Shown: piece after piece, positions 1 through 14,744 of the stretch
Position numbering within the stretch: the first letter of the stretch is position 1
Layout: the number at the start of each line of letters is the position of its first letter
Assembly (NCBI GenBank): GCA_951406725.2
Contig: OX597823.1
Coordinates: forward strand, 93,062,001-93,126,000
Reading direction: 5' to 3'
Source of the DNA: Octopus vulgaris
Lineage: Eukaryota
DNA: 64,000 nt
Translations under genes and position numbers: made by a program
The notes under the pieces: generated by a model
Told to the model about the DNA's origin: nothing
Databases searched by the model: none
Seen by the model: only the letters and a program-made list of their open reading frames with translations

Positions 1-54
<54 letters not shown>

Positions 55-713
55 ACATATGCGTGTATATATGTATGGTTATCTGAATAGTATTGGAAAA
101 TTTTGTCAAGATCGTTTCCCTGTAATAAAGGGAAATCTTTCTGAACTCTTTTTATGGATGAACAACTATTTATCTTTTTTTCCAAACACCCACTGGCTAA
201 CACCTATAAGGAAAGTATCTACAGGTGTTTACATCGAAAAAAAAACTTTCAGCTATTTCAGGTAATATCTGCCCCTTGATTTTCTATTTGTTTATACATC
301 CATTCCTCCTTTAATTCTCTTTCTCTCTTCCCTTTCGCTTTCTCTTGTCCTAAGACGTCAAATTTGTTAACGCTATTTTAAAATTACTAGCGTTCCCTAT
401 CCACCTTTGTTTTCCAAATATATATATTATATATTGTATATTGTAGTTTTTTACATTTGTAACAATGTCCTATTGATGAGCACTGTTGTTTATAATCTCC
501 ACTATGATGACATTGATGCATTTTCCCACACTATTCTTCCTCTCGGTTTTATTTTAATGCATCAATCAAAATATATGTAAGTGATATGTTGGTATGAATG
601 ATTTAAATAATATCTTGAGCGCTGTTTAATGTCCACCTTTTCTGTATTCTGCCTTCTCAGCTTCACCGCGTATCGTCTATTTATTCAAATTTTTAGTTCA
701 TTATATGTGATTT

Positions 714-763
714 GCGCCTGAAGAATATGTTTGAGTCATCTCAAAATATGAAACTATTAGCGC
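714..763 (+). ncRNA. degenerate minimal type I hammerhead ribozyme motif
   Basis: GCGC-CTGAAGA-[ATAT(G)TTTGAG..CTCAAAATAT stem II]-GAAA-CTAT-TA-GCGC. Stem III looks like a mutated CTAG palindrome. Confidence 0.55.
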
Positions 764-887
764 TTTAATACATGTAAATAATAATATTTATCTCTCACCA
801 CATGGAGTACTGTTTTGTATATATATATATATATATATATACGAAGAGGGAAGAAAAAGGATGATCCAATTATCTTATACACTTCAT

Positions 888-970
888 TAGCTTACAGTTG
901 TTTCCACAATAAGGTGAGGTGGGATAACAGGAAAGTGCCCGACTAAAACCTTACAGTTTCATCAGACAGG
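888..970 (-). ncRNA. degenerate hammerhead-like motif
   Basis: Minus strand CTGATGA-AACTGTAAGG...CCTTATTGTG-GAAA-CAACTG-TA. Stem II pairs; stem I does not. Confidence 0.35.
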
Positions 971-1196
971 GAGTGCTATTTATTCCAAACAACAAATACA
1001 ATTAATTATACGCGTAAGAAGGCATTGCCAATGACAAATCAAATACATGTGGAAGAAACGACAGGTGTTAACTCCTACAATTAAAATAAAATGAATTCTA
1101 TGACGTGTATAACGGAAAGTAGAGTAAGAGTACCTAAATATATCAGAATATATGTATACACTCACATATAATATACACGAATATAGAGAGATAGAT

Positions 1197-1264
<68 letters not shown>

Positions 1265-1669
1265 GAATGGAGTTAAACGAAGGTGTTATTCAAATTCTTT
1301 TACTTTCGACATAGGTTGCGCAGAAAACATCGGTATTATTCCAGAAGGAATAAATTGGTGTAAAACAGTGCAATCTTCTCATCAGGGAAAGAAATAAACC
1401 AAACACATCAATAAGTCATTTTAACAGAATGTGATAACTGCGTATATGATGAAGGGAACACTATCAATTTTTTTAATACTGTTAGTAGATATAGCGTCAA
1501 AGGTAGCATATAGAAAGAGGAAGATGAGAAATTAGCAGAAAATTAATAATGGAGCGATAGGTGAATAGGAATAAAGCATAAAGATTTGAAAATAGATATA
1601 TTTAGTGGAAGTACAAAGAAGACATTCAAAGTTTGAATTTTATAGAATGGTAGAAATCACTTTTATATA

Positions 1670-1728
<59 letters not shown>

Positions 1729-1734
1729 TTTATA

Positions 1735-1958
1735 TGTATGTTTATGTTTGTGTGTTAGTGTTTGTCTCCCCGGTATCACTTTACAACAGATATTGGTGTG
1801 GTTATGTCACCGTAATTTAGTGGTTCGGTAAGTCAGATCGATTGAATGAGAACTAGGCTTACAAAGAATATATCCTGTAGTCGATTTGCTCGACTAAATG
1901 TGCTGCTCCGTCATGGCTACAGTTACCTGACCGAGAAAATTAAAGTAAATAAAATAAA
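1735..1958 (+). mobile_element. 3' half of SINE family A (degenerate)
   Basis: Matches the 3' half of the 7233-7660 copy (AGTACTAGGCTTACAAAGAAT..GTCGATTTGCTCGACTAAA..CATGGC..) with an A-rich end. Confidence 0.7.
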
Positions 1959-2053
1959 ATACGTTTATGTGTGTGCATGTGTGTGTGTGTATGTATGCAT
2001 GTTTTATGTATCTCTCTTTCTATACGCATATATATATATATATATATACATAG

Positions 2054-2290
2054 ATTATATCGAAAGAGGAAATTGGAAAATATTTTTAGCATGAAGATAT
2101 TTCCTCAGAAATTCTTCAGACAGGTAATCAATCAATTATTATCTGTCTGAAGAATTTCTAATAGGAGATATCATATACGTTTCCTATTACATATAAAACT
2201 TTTTGACTCCTATTATCAAATTGAAACATGTGTAATGGTGAATAAACTATACTAAACAGAATTTCCAATTTCCTGTTTTGATATTATTAC
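2054..2290. repeat. imperfect fold-back (inverted repeat) containing a broken hammerhead-like core
   Basis: AGAAATTCTTCAGACAGGTAAT / ATTATCTGTCTGAAGAATTTCT inner arms; ATATCGAAAGAGGAAATTGGAAA / TTTCCAATTTCCTGTTTTGATAT outer arms. Confidence 0.6.
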
Positions 2291-2456
2291 TCAGCAGAAA
2301 GTATTTTCTGCATTTCCTCTTCTTATGCATATTTCACATAACAATATAAACCACATACGTATTTAGAATACTAGAATAAGCAAATGTGCTTCAAAAGGAC
2401 ACATTCGACTTTAATCGTATCTATATTATATGCTATATATATATATGTACGTATAT

Positions 2457-2499
<43 letters not shown>

Positions 2500-2596
2500 T
2501 ATAGATATAAATATATATTTATATATATGCATATATATATACATACATATATATACATAAATATAAATAAATATTTATATGCATATATATATATAT

Positions 2597-2637
<41 letters not shown>

Positions 2638-2654
2638 ATGTGTGTGTGTGTGCG

Positions 2655-2730
<76 letters not shown>

Positions 2731-3199
2731 TATATTATATAGACGGCACTATTACACATAAATGCCGCACGCTAGGGGGGACATTTAAAGTCAAAACTAC
2801 CAAAATAAAAAACAGAATTTAGTTGCTGATCAACTGTGATTTCTTAGAATTTTGTTCCTTTATTTATATTACTCTCTTTAACTTAAGCCCTCTCCTTCAA
2901 ACACTCATTCGTCGAAGCCGACAGCAATCGGCCATCGTCATATATATAAAGCATTATATATACACACACACATTTGCACATAGGTATTTATATTATGTAT
3001 GTATGTATGTATGTATGTCAGCAGAATTGTGTTAATTTTCCAGTACCATAGATATCCTGCGGATCGTCCCTGCTCATTCGACTGCACTTTAAAGTATAAA
3101 CGATTATGGGTTTAAATCTTTGTTCGTAAAGTTGTATTGTTGAGCAAGACTTTCCCTTTGATGTCTTGCAAACAACTTGCATATGCAAGTGCTAGCAGT

Positions 3200-3662
3200 C
3201 AAAAACTCCGCATACCGGAAGTCAGCAAGTGTATGGGGTCATCAGGAGGGAATGCGCGCCGTTTCGGGGGCTACTACTCGACGGCATCAATGAGCACCGT
3301 GCCCCTCACTGATATGAGGTCCCTCTTGCTAGATCAGCTGGTTAGCAAATAAAGCTCATTATTCTTCTAGCAATCGCTCATCGTCTCTTCTCCAATGTAG
3401 TTTGGATATCGGTCGTGGTGGTATTTATTTTACGATAACTTAGGCCTAACGATGACAACAATCGTCTCACACTGTGTCCAACGAACCCTCTGCATACGAC
3501 CTCGATTGGAAAATGTTCTGCTTGCAGCCTGCGTCTTCACATTCCTCGAGGAGGTTTACATAACGGTCAATCTTTCGAGCCTGAGCGGCATCCTTATTAT
3601 CTTCATTCGGAACCGTTAACTCGGCTAGATTTACAACTTTCCTTCTATCACACCACATCAAA
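3200..3662 (-). mobile_element. 3' fragment of RLE-endonuclease non-LTR retrotransposon (HERO-like)
   Basis: Translation WCDRRKVVNLAELTVPNEDNKDAAQARKIDRYVNLLEEC, then frameshifted PIEVVCRGFVG, matches the ELTVPxE...EVGCRGF RLE motif of HERO-clade elements. Confidence 0.75.
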
Positions 3663-3911
3663 ATATGTTTGCTTTATTCCGATAAAAATGTGCACTCATC
3701 TATTTCTGATTAGTCCTTCCCTTTTCTATCACACAGATTATCGATTACCGACTGCGCCACAGAATACGTTATGTATGCTAGATCTGCCTACACTATCGTT
3801 CCCTTTGATTGCAACAGCACAATACTTATTTCCTATTTAACACAACAGAGGTGGGCACTAAGTGAACCCACCAGGAACAAAAGAACCTAAATTACTACAA
3901 AAAAAGATATT

Positions 3912-4133
3912 TATTTCTTTATTACCCACAAGGGGCTAAACATAGAGGGGACAAACAAAGAGGTTTAAGTCGACTACATCGACCCCAATGCGTAACTGGT
4001 ACTTATTTAATCGACTACAAAAGTATGAAGGTAAATTAGAACTCGGCGGAATTTGAAATCAGAACGTAACAGCAGACGAAATATCGCTAAGCATTTCGCC
4101 CGGTCGGCTTACGATCATGCCAGCTCATTGCCC
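3912..4133 (-). mobile_element. SINE family B, single copy (tRNA-like head, AATAAAGAAATA tail)
   Basis: Homologous to the units at 11992-12661 and 48114-48897. Confidence 0.8.
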
Positions 4134-4306
4134 TACAAATGAAAAATATTATAGAAAGTCATTTTAACCAGTCTAAAATATTTTGTATATCTCAAGAAAA
4201 AAATGTTGGTACACCCGAAGAGAAACAAAAAAATTGCATAAAACATTTGAAAACCAGAATTCATTATATTTTTCGTTGTTGTTTGTATTATTGTTCTTGC
4301 AGTCAG

Positions 4307-5097
<791 letters not shown>

Positions 5098-5662
5098 GAT
5101 GATGATGCTATTGTTAAATTAACAAACTGCGTACAGTATTCCCATCAATGAATTAACGCGTTTTACTGCTACTTATGAGTTTCCTTATCAGGATAAAATC
5201 CCAGTCATAAAAAACATTACGTAAAAGAGCTCTCACAAATTCTCATACAACAATTTATTAAACAGTCTAAAATTAAGCAAACCGCCATTAAATCCAGCAC
5301 ACTAAAACGATTATTCGACAACTGCATAAACAACAAAGAATTTTATAATAAGCATAAATATAAAACTGATAGCCTCAATAACGATATACAGTATAAAGGT
5401 TATCATTTCCATAAAACCCATCAAAATCTAAAATAAAATGTTAAACAAAGCAGTTTGCTTAATAAAATTATACAAATTAAAGTCTAATTCATTTAAACTA
5501 ATTATAGACGTCCATGTTGTTTCTGTGACTACCTTGTAATATCGTCAACGTTATGTAAATAAAATAGCAGAATGGATTTTGCTTCGGTGAAGTTGCCTTT
5601 TGAAGATTTTCGAAAAGATGTTGCACGAGAAGTGCGTTTCTTCCAAGATTGATACAATGATT

Positions 5663-5814
5663 GGCTGTGTGGTAAGTAGCATGTTTACCAACCATATGGT
5701 TCCTGGTTCAGTCCCACTGCGTGGCACCTTGGTCAAGTTCTTCTACTCTAGCCTCGGGCCGAGCAGAGCCTTGTGAGTGGATTTGGTAGACGGAAACTGA
5801 AACCAGCCCGTCAA

Positions 5815-5815
<1 letters not shown>
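5663..5815 (+). mobile_element. 5' half of SINE family A, followed by its TA tract
   Basis: TGGCTGTGTGGTAAG A-box-like, GGTTCAGTCCC B-box-like, CACCTTGGTCAAG core. Confidence 0.8.
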
Positions 5816-5881
<66 letters not shown>

Positions 5882-5931
5882 GTCTATATATGTATGCATA
5901 TATATATATGTCTGTATATATATATACAGGC

Positions 5932-5984
<53 letters not shown>

Positions 5985-6444
5985 CAGTGTAAAGTGTAGC
6001 ACGAATGAACATAAAAATGAATGGTTTGAAAATGCAATTTTATGGAATAGCAAACATTCCTTAGCAACATAAAAGTCAGGAAATGTCAGAAAACATGTCA
6101 GGTCAGTTCCTCTCCAATATTTTGTGAATTCTTAAATATATCTCCTTCTGTGTATATATATATATATATATATACCATCAAACAAATATGCTTTTTATTG
6201 AACTGATAATACTTTTTGTTGAATACTTTTTTAAATACTTTCTTGTAAACTGTTTTTAACATTTTCTTATTATTATCAAAGAATGTATAACTGTATTTTA
6301 ATACTTTTGTGATAACCAGTACTTAACACAACAAAGCTTATACAAGGCTTTACATTTTACTTTTGACAATATTTTTCTAAAGAAGTGAAACCGGTCAAGT
6401 GAATAAAAATCTTTAAAATTGCGTTTCAAACCTTCTTTCATATA

Positions 6445-6722
6445 TATATGTGTGTGTGTGTGCGTGTGTGTGTGTGTTTGTGTGTGTGTGTGAGTGTGTG
6501 TCTGTATGTGTGTGTGGGTGTATGTTTGTGTGTCTGTGTTTGGCCTCACCACCATCATTTGACAACCGATGCTGGTGTATTTACGTCCACAAACGGTTCG
6601 GCAAAGGAGACCGGTAGAATAAGTACTATGCTTACAACGAATAAGTCCTTCGGTCGATTAGCTCGACTAACGGCCGTGCTCCAGCATGGCCGAAGTCAAA
6701 TGACTGAAACAAATAAAAGAAT
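6445..6722 (+). mobile_element. 3' half of SINE family A
   Basis: (TG)n, then TGACAACCGATGCTGGTG...GTGCTCCAGCATGGCCGAAGTCAAATGACTGAAACAAATAAAAG. Confidence 0.8.
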
Positions 6723-7232
6723 TTAAAGAATAATAAGGATCCACGTGGGTGTGGTGGGCTGGGGTTCCGATTCGATGCCTTCGACACCAGTACACAATTC
6801 ATAATGAATTTATCGTTCTCAAATTGATGAAACGCAAAGTCGAACTAAGAGCAACTACATCTCTGAACTTCGCTTTAACCGGAAAAAAATGTTTCTAAGC
6901 ATTTTGTTCGACATACTAACTACTCTACAAGCTTGGCAGCATGTTATCTTTTCTCTCGTAATTGTAAGTGAGACGAAATATATCAAAAGAGATGTTACAC
7001 TTTAACCAGCTTTGACCTGGTAGCGGATCTACAATCAAACGCTTTCCATTGTAGCATTATCTGTTATATTCGAATATCACTGCCAATAATAAGCAATATA
7101 TTTTCCCTTTTAAGATCCCTGGACGTACTTTCAGAAGTATTTCGTGCTCAAATTAGTTTTAGACAAATGATATAGCGATGAACTACTCATGGGAAGTATT
7201 TCTAAATTCTTTATCTCAAATCTCAGCAAAAT

Positions 7233-7660
7233 AGGAGTGGCTGTGTGGTAAGTAGCTTGTTTACCGACTACATGGTTCCGGGTTCAGTCCCACTGCGTGG
7301 CTCCTTGGGCAAGTGCCCTCTACTATAGCCTCGGGCTGACCAAAGACTTGTGAGTGGATTTGGTAGACGGAAACTGAAAGAAACCCGTCGTATATATGTA
7401 TATATATATGAGTGTGTGTGTATGTGTGCATATTTGTGTCTGTTTGTCTTCCAACATCGCTTGACAACCGATGCTGGTGGGTTTACGTCCTCGTAACTTA
7501 GCGATTTTGCAGAAGAGACCCATAGAATAAGTACTAGGCTTACAATGAATAAGTCCTGGGGTCGATTTTCTAGACTAAAGGCGGCGCTCCAGCATGGCCA
7601 CAGTCAAATGACTGAAACAAGTAAAAGAGTAAAAGTAAGAGTAAAAGAGTAAAGAGAGTA
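7233..7660 (+). mobile_element. full-length SINE family A (tRNA-like head, CORE-like CCTTGGGCAAGTG, internal TA/TG microsatellite, (GAGTAAAA)n tail)
   Basis: Pol III A/B-box-like motifs. More than ten partial homologues occur in this window on both strands. Confidence 0.85.
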
Positions 7661-9138
7661 ACATAATATAATGAAAAACGTACTAATTCTGATGTAGAAT
7701 ATAGAAATTCAGTAGATTCCTATGAAACTTCCAGCTGAAGAATAAGATCTCTGACACTTGATAATTATCTTTTTCATAAACGTCATCAAAACATCATGAT
7801 GACAATATTCTCATCGGCCAGAAAATAACTCCCAAACCACGCCATTCTCTCCCCCTCCCTCCCTCTCTCTATACATACATACATACATACATACATACAT
7901 ACATACATACATACATACATGCATACATACATATTTACATATATATACATATATATACAAATTTATTATAATTAAGATTTGTCGTTAGTCGTGCTAGGCA
8001 AAGGAACACACCACCTTTATAACGGTCAGAATAAGCTACCGGACACGTGACACGAATGCCACCAATCCTACATTCAACAATTCAACGCAATTTCGCCTTC
8101 GTCTCCTGCAAGACTGGAAGTGGAAAGCTACAGTAAACTTTTGTCCCTTTTCCTTTTTCATTTTCTTACGGGCAACAAGACGCACCTTGTTGGAAAACTA
8201 GAAACTATTATTATAGCTAATAGAATTAACTATTAAATATAAAACAGCCTTCCTTGTTTCTTGGAAGCTGAATGGACTGACATCAAAGGCGTGGGTGGTA
8301 GTGCCGATGGTGGTGGTGTTGGTAGCGGTGTGAAATAAATAGATTTTTATGCAACGAGTAATGTTGCATAAAACCTACTAACTGCATTATCTGCAAATAC
8401 GGTTGCAGTAATGGACACATTTTCTCCTGACGTTTATAATGAATAGGAGAAAACAGAGAAGATGGACAAACACGACAAAAGTAATAAAACTACTAACAAT
8501 TACAAAAGGAAAAACAGCTGAACAATTACAAGAACAACACCACCAACAGCAACAAAAACAAGCACAATAACAATAACATCAACGAGAACACGAACAGTAA
8601 CATAAATATAATCATCATCAACATGAACATGTATTGTAATAACAAATGTAACAGAGAATCCGGGAGAAAAAAAGAAATTGGTAAAACACAAAAATGAGAA
8701 TAAAAGATATAACTGACGAGGCAACAGCAGAAATAACGACATGAAATCAAGCAAAAGCTGAATAGGAATAAACACAACTAAAACAGCCATTGTAACAACA
8801 ATTGCAATAACAACAACACCACCAACAAAAAACAACAACATTTTCAATGGTGTGCAGGGAGAGTACAAGTAGTCTGTAATAACTAAGCACATCAAAAATG
8901 AGAAGTGCAACGGTTGCAAAACAATGATAGAAGTACCAACGCTTATTCCATTTAAGTCTTTGAAAAATGTATAAATATATATAAAAAAGTAAAATGGAAA
9001 TATTCGAAACGAAAGAAAAAAATTAACAGATAAATAAACTAATTTTCAAGAGCTTTGGTATCCTGTTTTATGTGGAATGTAATTTAAAATGCTGTGAAAA
9101 ATGATGAATGTATACATTTATATACTTACTTCTGGCTG

Positions 9139-9198
<60 letters not shown>

Positions 9199-9617
9199 TA
9201 TGCATATATACGTACACCTATACACACACACACACATATATATATATACATATATATGCATATATACATACACCTATACATATAAATATATATATATATA
9301 TATATATATCTGTCTATGTATATATATCTACATCTACGTGTTTGGGAGGGTGTGCATGTAAGTATGTATGCGTTGTTGGAAGTATCGACAAGTATGCACA
9401 TATAGCCGCATAATCACAATAAAAATAAAAATATAACTACAAAGCTACAAATAATTACTCCTTCTCTCAAATGTCGATGTATATATATACATACACACAC
9501 ACATATATATATATGGGGATATATCCATATGTATATATATGTGTGTGTGTGTGTATGTGTGTGTGTGTGTATGTGTGTGTGTCTTTGAGAGAGTGATTTG
9601 CGCGCATTTCTATACGT

Positions 9618-9660
<43 letters not shown>

Positions 9661-9888
9661 TATGAAATAAGACCGATGCCAAACACCTAAATTTACCTGA
9701 GTTTTCCCTTCATCTCATGATATTTTTTCTGAAAAAAAAAATCACACAGAAATTGCATTCCTCTCCTTTATGTGCAGGTGAATTGCACCTGTGCAAATGC
9801 GCGATTCCATATACACAGACACACATTCAACCGCCCCGAAAAACCACACACACACACACATATGTCCATACATATACATATATAATAT

Positions 9889-10039
<151 letters not shown>

Positions 10040-10769
10040 ATACATATATATATATATACATGCATATATATATTAAAGATATATATATATGCATATTTAT
10101 GTATGTGTGTATAAGTTTATGTCTGTATGTGTGCGTGTGGTACCCAATAGGTGTACTATTAGTCTTGTATCACTTCAAAGTATTGGATTGAATGCCCAGT
10201 GAAATAGTATTTACTCCATATTAGATTGCAAGATCCTTTTTACAAACATCTAAACATGCAGCGCCATGCACGTTAATACGTTCACATAACACTTCAAACA
10301 GAATCGTTCCCCTTTATGCTTTATATTACTTATTACAATTACGAAGGCGTGTCTCTTTGCCCTTTAGAAATCTTCTAAGACCATTGACGTTGGAGTATTT
10401 AATGTAAGGGTTTCACTTGTGTTGTTCATATCTATACGTAAAACACTTTTGAAACGGCATTCACTGGATCAAAGTAAAACAAAAAAAAATGTAAGGATTG
10501 TCTGAAAGTGTCTAGCACGGGATTAAAAAGTAAGAAATGCGATAACACAAGAGAGTTGAATGTGTTGCGTCAGCAATGAAACATTGCATTCAATAGAGAT
10601 TCATGTAGTATTATGTGAGCAAATGGAGGGCGTAGAATATGCTGCAGGGTGTTAGAGTGTTTGAGGTTGCAGGGTGTTATTTCGCTAAATTTGGCTATTT
10701 AGATATAGGAGTGGTGCACATGAGAATAGATTTGTGTAATCATCTATCATTTTTATTGGGGGGGGGGCT

Positions 10770-11429
10770 CTTTCTCTCATTAGACTGCTGCCATTCTGGA
10801 GCACTGCCTTGAAGAATCTTAGTGGAACGAATCGATAGCAGCAGTTATATTTTTTAAGCCTTCTGCTTAAATTCCGTCTCGCTGTTTTGCCGAAGCTCAA
10901 AGTTTCGGGGACGCAAAACACATCGATAGTGATTGTCAAGCGGTGCTGGCGGTGTTGGGAGAGGGAGACAAAGAAACTCTCACAAACCCTCACAAACATG
11001 CACACATACACATATACTCATATACACACACGCACAGACACACACACACTCACTCACATGTATACACACATACACACTCACACACGCACACACACAAACA
11101 CGCATACAAACATGTATACATAACGATCTGATTCCGTCTACCAAATCCACGACCAAGGTACGACGCAGAGGGACTGAACCCGGAACAATATTGTTGTGAA
11201 GCAAACTTCTTACCTCACAGTCAAGCTTGCGTCTATTCTTTTATTCTTCTACTTGTTTCAGTCATTTGACTGCAGCCATGCTGGAGCACTACTTTTAGTC
11301 GCACAAATCCACCCCAGGACTTATCCTTTGTAAGCCTAGTACATATTCTATCGGTCAGTTGTGCCGAACTGCAAGGTTAAGGTGATATAAACTCACCAAC
11401 ATCTGTTTGAAGCGAAGTTGCGGGGACAA

Positions 11430-11465
<36 letters not shown>

Positions 11466-11625
11466 TCGACGGCCTTATTTCGGTTTCCGTCTACCAAATT
11501 CACTCACAAGTCTTTGTTCGGCCTGAGGCTATAGTACAAGAAATTTTCCCAAGGTGCCACTGGGACTGAACTCGGAACCATGTGGCTGCGAAGCAAGCTT
11601 TTTACTACACAGCCACTTCTGCGCA
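10770..11625 (-). mobile_element. two tandem SINE family A copies
   Basis: Reverse complements of head (GGGACTGAACCCGGAAC, ACTACACAGCCAC) and tail (GTTTCAGTCATTTGACTGCAGCCATGCTGGAGCAC), each with an internal CA/TA tract. Confidence 0.75.
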
Positions 11626-11991
11626 TAGAAATATGTCAGACGCTTACAGCACCTAGGTTTCCCAACAAACGAGATGAGGACAAATTTCCGTCAAATGTAA
11701 ATAATATAAATACTGTTATCTAATCAAGTTTTGCGCAACATGTATTATATGACATTCGCGGTTAACTCTACCTTGGAGTGATCTGCCCTTAGTCAGGGCC
11801 AGTGCATGTCAAACTTTTCCAGCACACTCTATGCTACCAGGGAGGTGCCATAACCTCCCCAGCTGCCATTAAATCTGTTAGATCTACGGCTGTTCATGAC
11901 TAGATTTGCGATGAATGTTGTAATGGTTACACGTTGCATTTTCCAGATAGGTGAGATTTGAACTGAAAATCTATAGAGCTGGGTGATATAC

Positions 11992-12661
11992 CCATATCTT
12001 TGCTACCCACAAGGGGCTAAACACAGAGAGGATAAACATAGACAGACCAACAGATTAAGTCGATTAAATCGACTCCAGTGCGTAACTGGTACTTATTTAA
12101 TCGATCCCGAAAGGATGAAAGGCAAAGTCGACCTCAGCGGAATTTGAACACAGAACGTAACGGCAGACTAAATATCTATTTCTTTACTACCCACAAGGGG
12201 CTAAACACAGAGAGGAAAAACAAGGACAGACAAACGGATTAAGTCGATTATATCGACCCCTGTTTGTAACTGGTAATTAATTTATCGACCCCCGAAAAGA
12301 TGAAAGGCAAAGTCGACCTCGGCGGAATTTGAACTCAGACCGTAGTGGCAGACGAAATACGGCTACGCATTTCACCCGGCGAGCTAAAGTTTCTGCCAGC
12401 TCGCCGCCTTGAGAGAGCTGTATGATATACCTATTTCTTTACTACCCACAAGGAGCTAAACACAGAGGGGACAAACAAGGACTGATAAAGGGATTAAGTC
12501 GACTATATCGACCCCAGTGCGTAATTGGTACCTATTTAATCAATCCCCAATGGATGAAAGGCAAAGTCGACCTCGGTGGAATTTGAACTCAGAACGTAAC
12601 GGCAGAAGAAATACGGCTACGCATTTCACCCGGCGTGCTAACGATTCTGCCAGCTCGCTAC
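11992..12661 (-). mobile_element. cluster of three SINE family B units with triplicated target site
   Basis: Units 11992-12175 (headless), 12176-12410 and 12431-12661. Motif CTG(G/T)(G/A)TGATATAC at 11975-11991, 12414-12430 and 12662-12674. Confidence 0.85.
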
Positions 12662-12674
12662 CTGGATGATATAC

Positions 12675-12846
12675 CGTAAGGCTTTTCTGCCGATGTGACA
12701 ACGATTCTGCTCCTCTCCAACCCACAAGAATAACCTGTCGTGAGGTGGTTTTGCTCGACAGAACAACATACCGCGCGGTCCGCGAATCGAACCTCGGGAT
12801 CACCTTCGTGAGTACAACACCCTGACCACTCGATCACGCGCCTCGA
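12675..12846 (-). mobile_element. tRNA-derived SINE head (probable host element interrupted by the family B cluster)
   Basis: Minus strand GAGGCGCGTGATCGAGTGGTCAGGG...GAGGTTCGATTCGC (A and B boxes). Confidence 0.55.
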
Positions 12847-13586
12847 CAGAGAGAAACACTGGCATGCGAATGTTTTTATAACCACAATTTCACACAATAC
12901 ATACTTTAAAGTTCGCACATACACAGTTTTATGCAGGTATGTACTAGAGTATATTTTTTTCAATGCAGGTTGAATATCTTCCAGCAAGACACAACTGCTG
13001 TGTTTTTATTCCATACAAACTTTTAACAGCATTAGACATTTTTGTGTCATTTATCTTTACGTTTATTGTTGCTCTCGATAAGTATTATGGTTTCCCGTCT
13101 AAACTAGATACCGACCTGTAATAAACTCTAACTTGAATATCATCCTCCAGTAAATGGATAATTCTCTCCATAAAATATATTCATGTGTTCCTTTAAAATA
13201 TGTTTCTGATAGAATGTATTCATCAAGTAACATATCTTGTTTACAATGGGTTATATTGTTATATTTTTTGTAAGAGCGCCAACTTGAACAGAGAGAAACA
13301 CCATTCGCCTCTTATGTTAGTCACGTTGACTCTGGAAAATGATATGAACACAAAAATACGAACAACCATAAGGCAAAACTCTTAAGAATACATTTAAAGT
13401 TTACATATACTTGAAAAGTATTCGTATCGAATCACACATGAATGTGTATGTATATGTATATATATATATATGTGTGTGTGTTATGTGTAATCTATATGTA
13501 TATATAAATATGTGTGTGTGTCTGTATGTATGTGTAACCTATATATGTATATATATATATATTTACATATATGTGTGTGTGTTTGA

Positions 13587-13635
<49 letters not shown>

Positions 13636-13637
13636 GC

Positions 13638-13702
<65 letters not shown>

Positions 13703-13966
13703 ACTTCTATCTTTTTTCCAACTAGCTATCTTGCTTTATGAATATATACATACATACATACATATATGGTTCAAAATCGTAGAAAAGACAACCATAGAGA
13801 GAAGTATGGGAACAAGAGACAAAGTGTATCAGTTTGACGCTGATCAAAATATGGAAGACACTTTGAGCTTAGGAGACACCAACGCTCATCTCTTCTTGAA
13901 AAATGAATGCGGAGAGGAAACAATATGGAGATGGGAAGAGAAAATGGAGAGGAAAAAAGTATGTGT

Positions 13967-14002
<36 letters not shown>

Positions 14003-14057
14003 CTACATATATAAATATATATCAATATATACACATATATGTATATGTGTGTGTATA

Positions 14058-14169
<112 letters not shown>

Positions 14170-14712
14170 TTGATATAGAGGCAGATAGACACACATCTAT
14201 ATGTGTATCGAAAATGTCATGATGAGAAACCACGTACAGAAAGTAAGATAGGACAGATGATTTGCTTTGTGTAAGGCAATATACCGATTTCTATATACCT
14301 CCTGATAACAAGCATGGCCCTACATTATAATCATCATCATCATCATCATTATTATAATTATTGTATTTTTATTATTACTATTATTATTTTTATTTTTATT
14401 ATTAGAAAACATGCAAGACGGGGACTCCTCCACGCCTCCAAATGGTGATGAGGAGGAATCCCAAAAGTCAAATAAAAAAGAAAGAGACACAGAAAAAAGC
14501 AAACACAGACACACAGATAACAACACCAACACTGCAAACACCACAATCACCAACACCACCACAAATACCCGCAATAGAATCAAAAACAAAATAAACGGGT
14601 GTTTTCTGTATGATGTAATAATTCTGTTCATGAATAAAAGCACGTTGGAAACAGCTGTAGTATGTAAATCACAACTCATCTGGTATCATTTGTTTAAATA
14701 CATATTTATATC

Positions 14713-14744
<32 letters not shown>

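Noticed and set aside
3235-3270. GAAAC...CTGATGA on minus in the HERO-like 3'UTR as a hammerhead
   Set aside because: The order implies type II, but stems I-III cannot be paired (CCCC versus CCCC).
8346-8374. 11-bp hairpin TTTTATGCAAC..GTTGCATAAAA
   Set aside because: Isolated; could arise by chance in AT-rich DNA; no associated feature.
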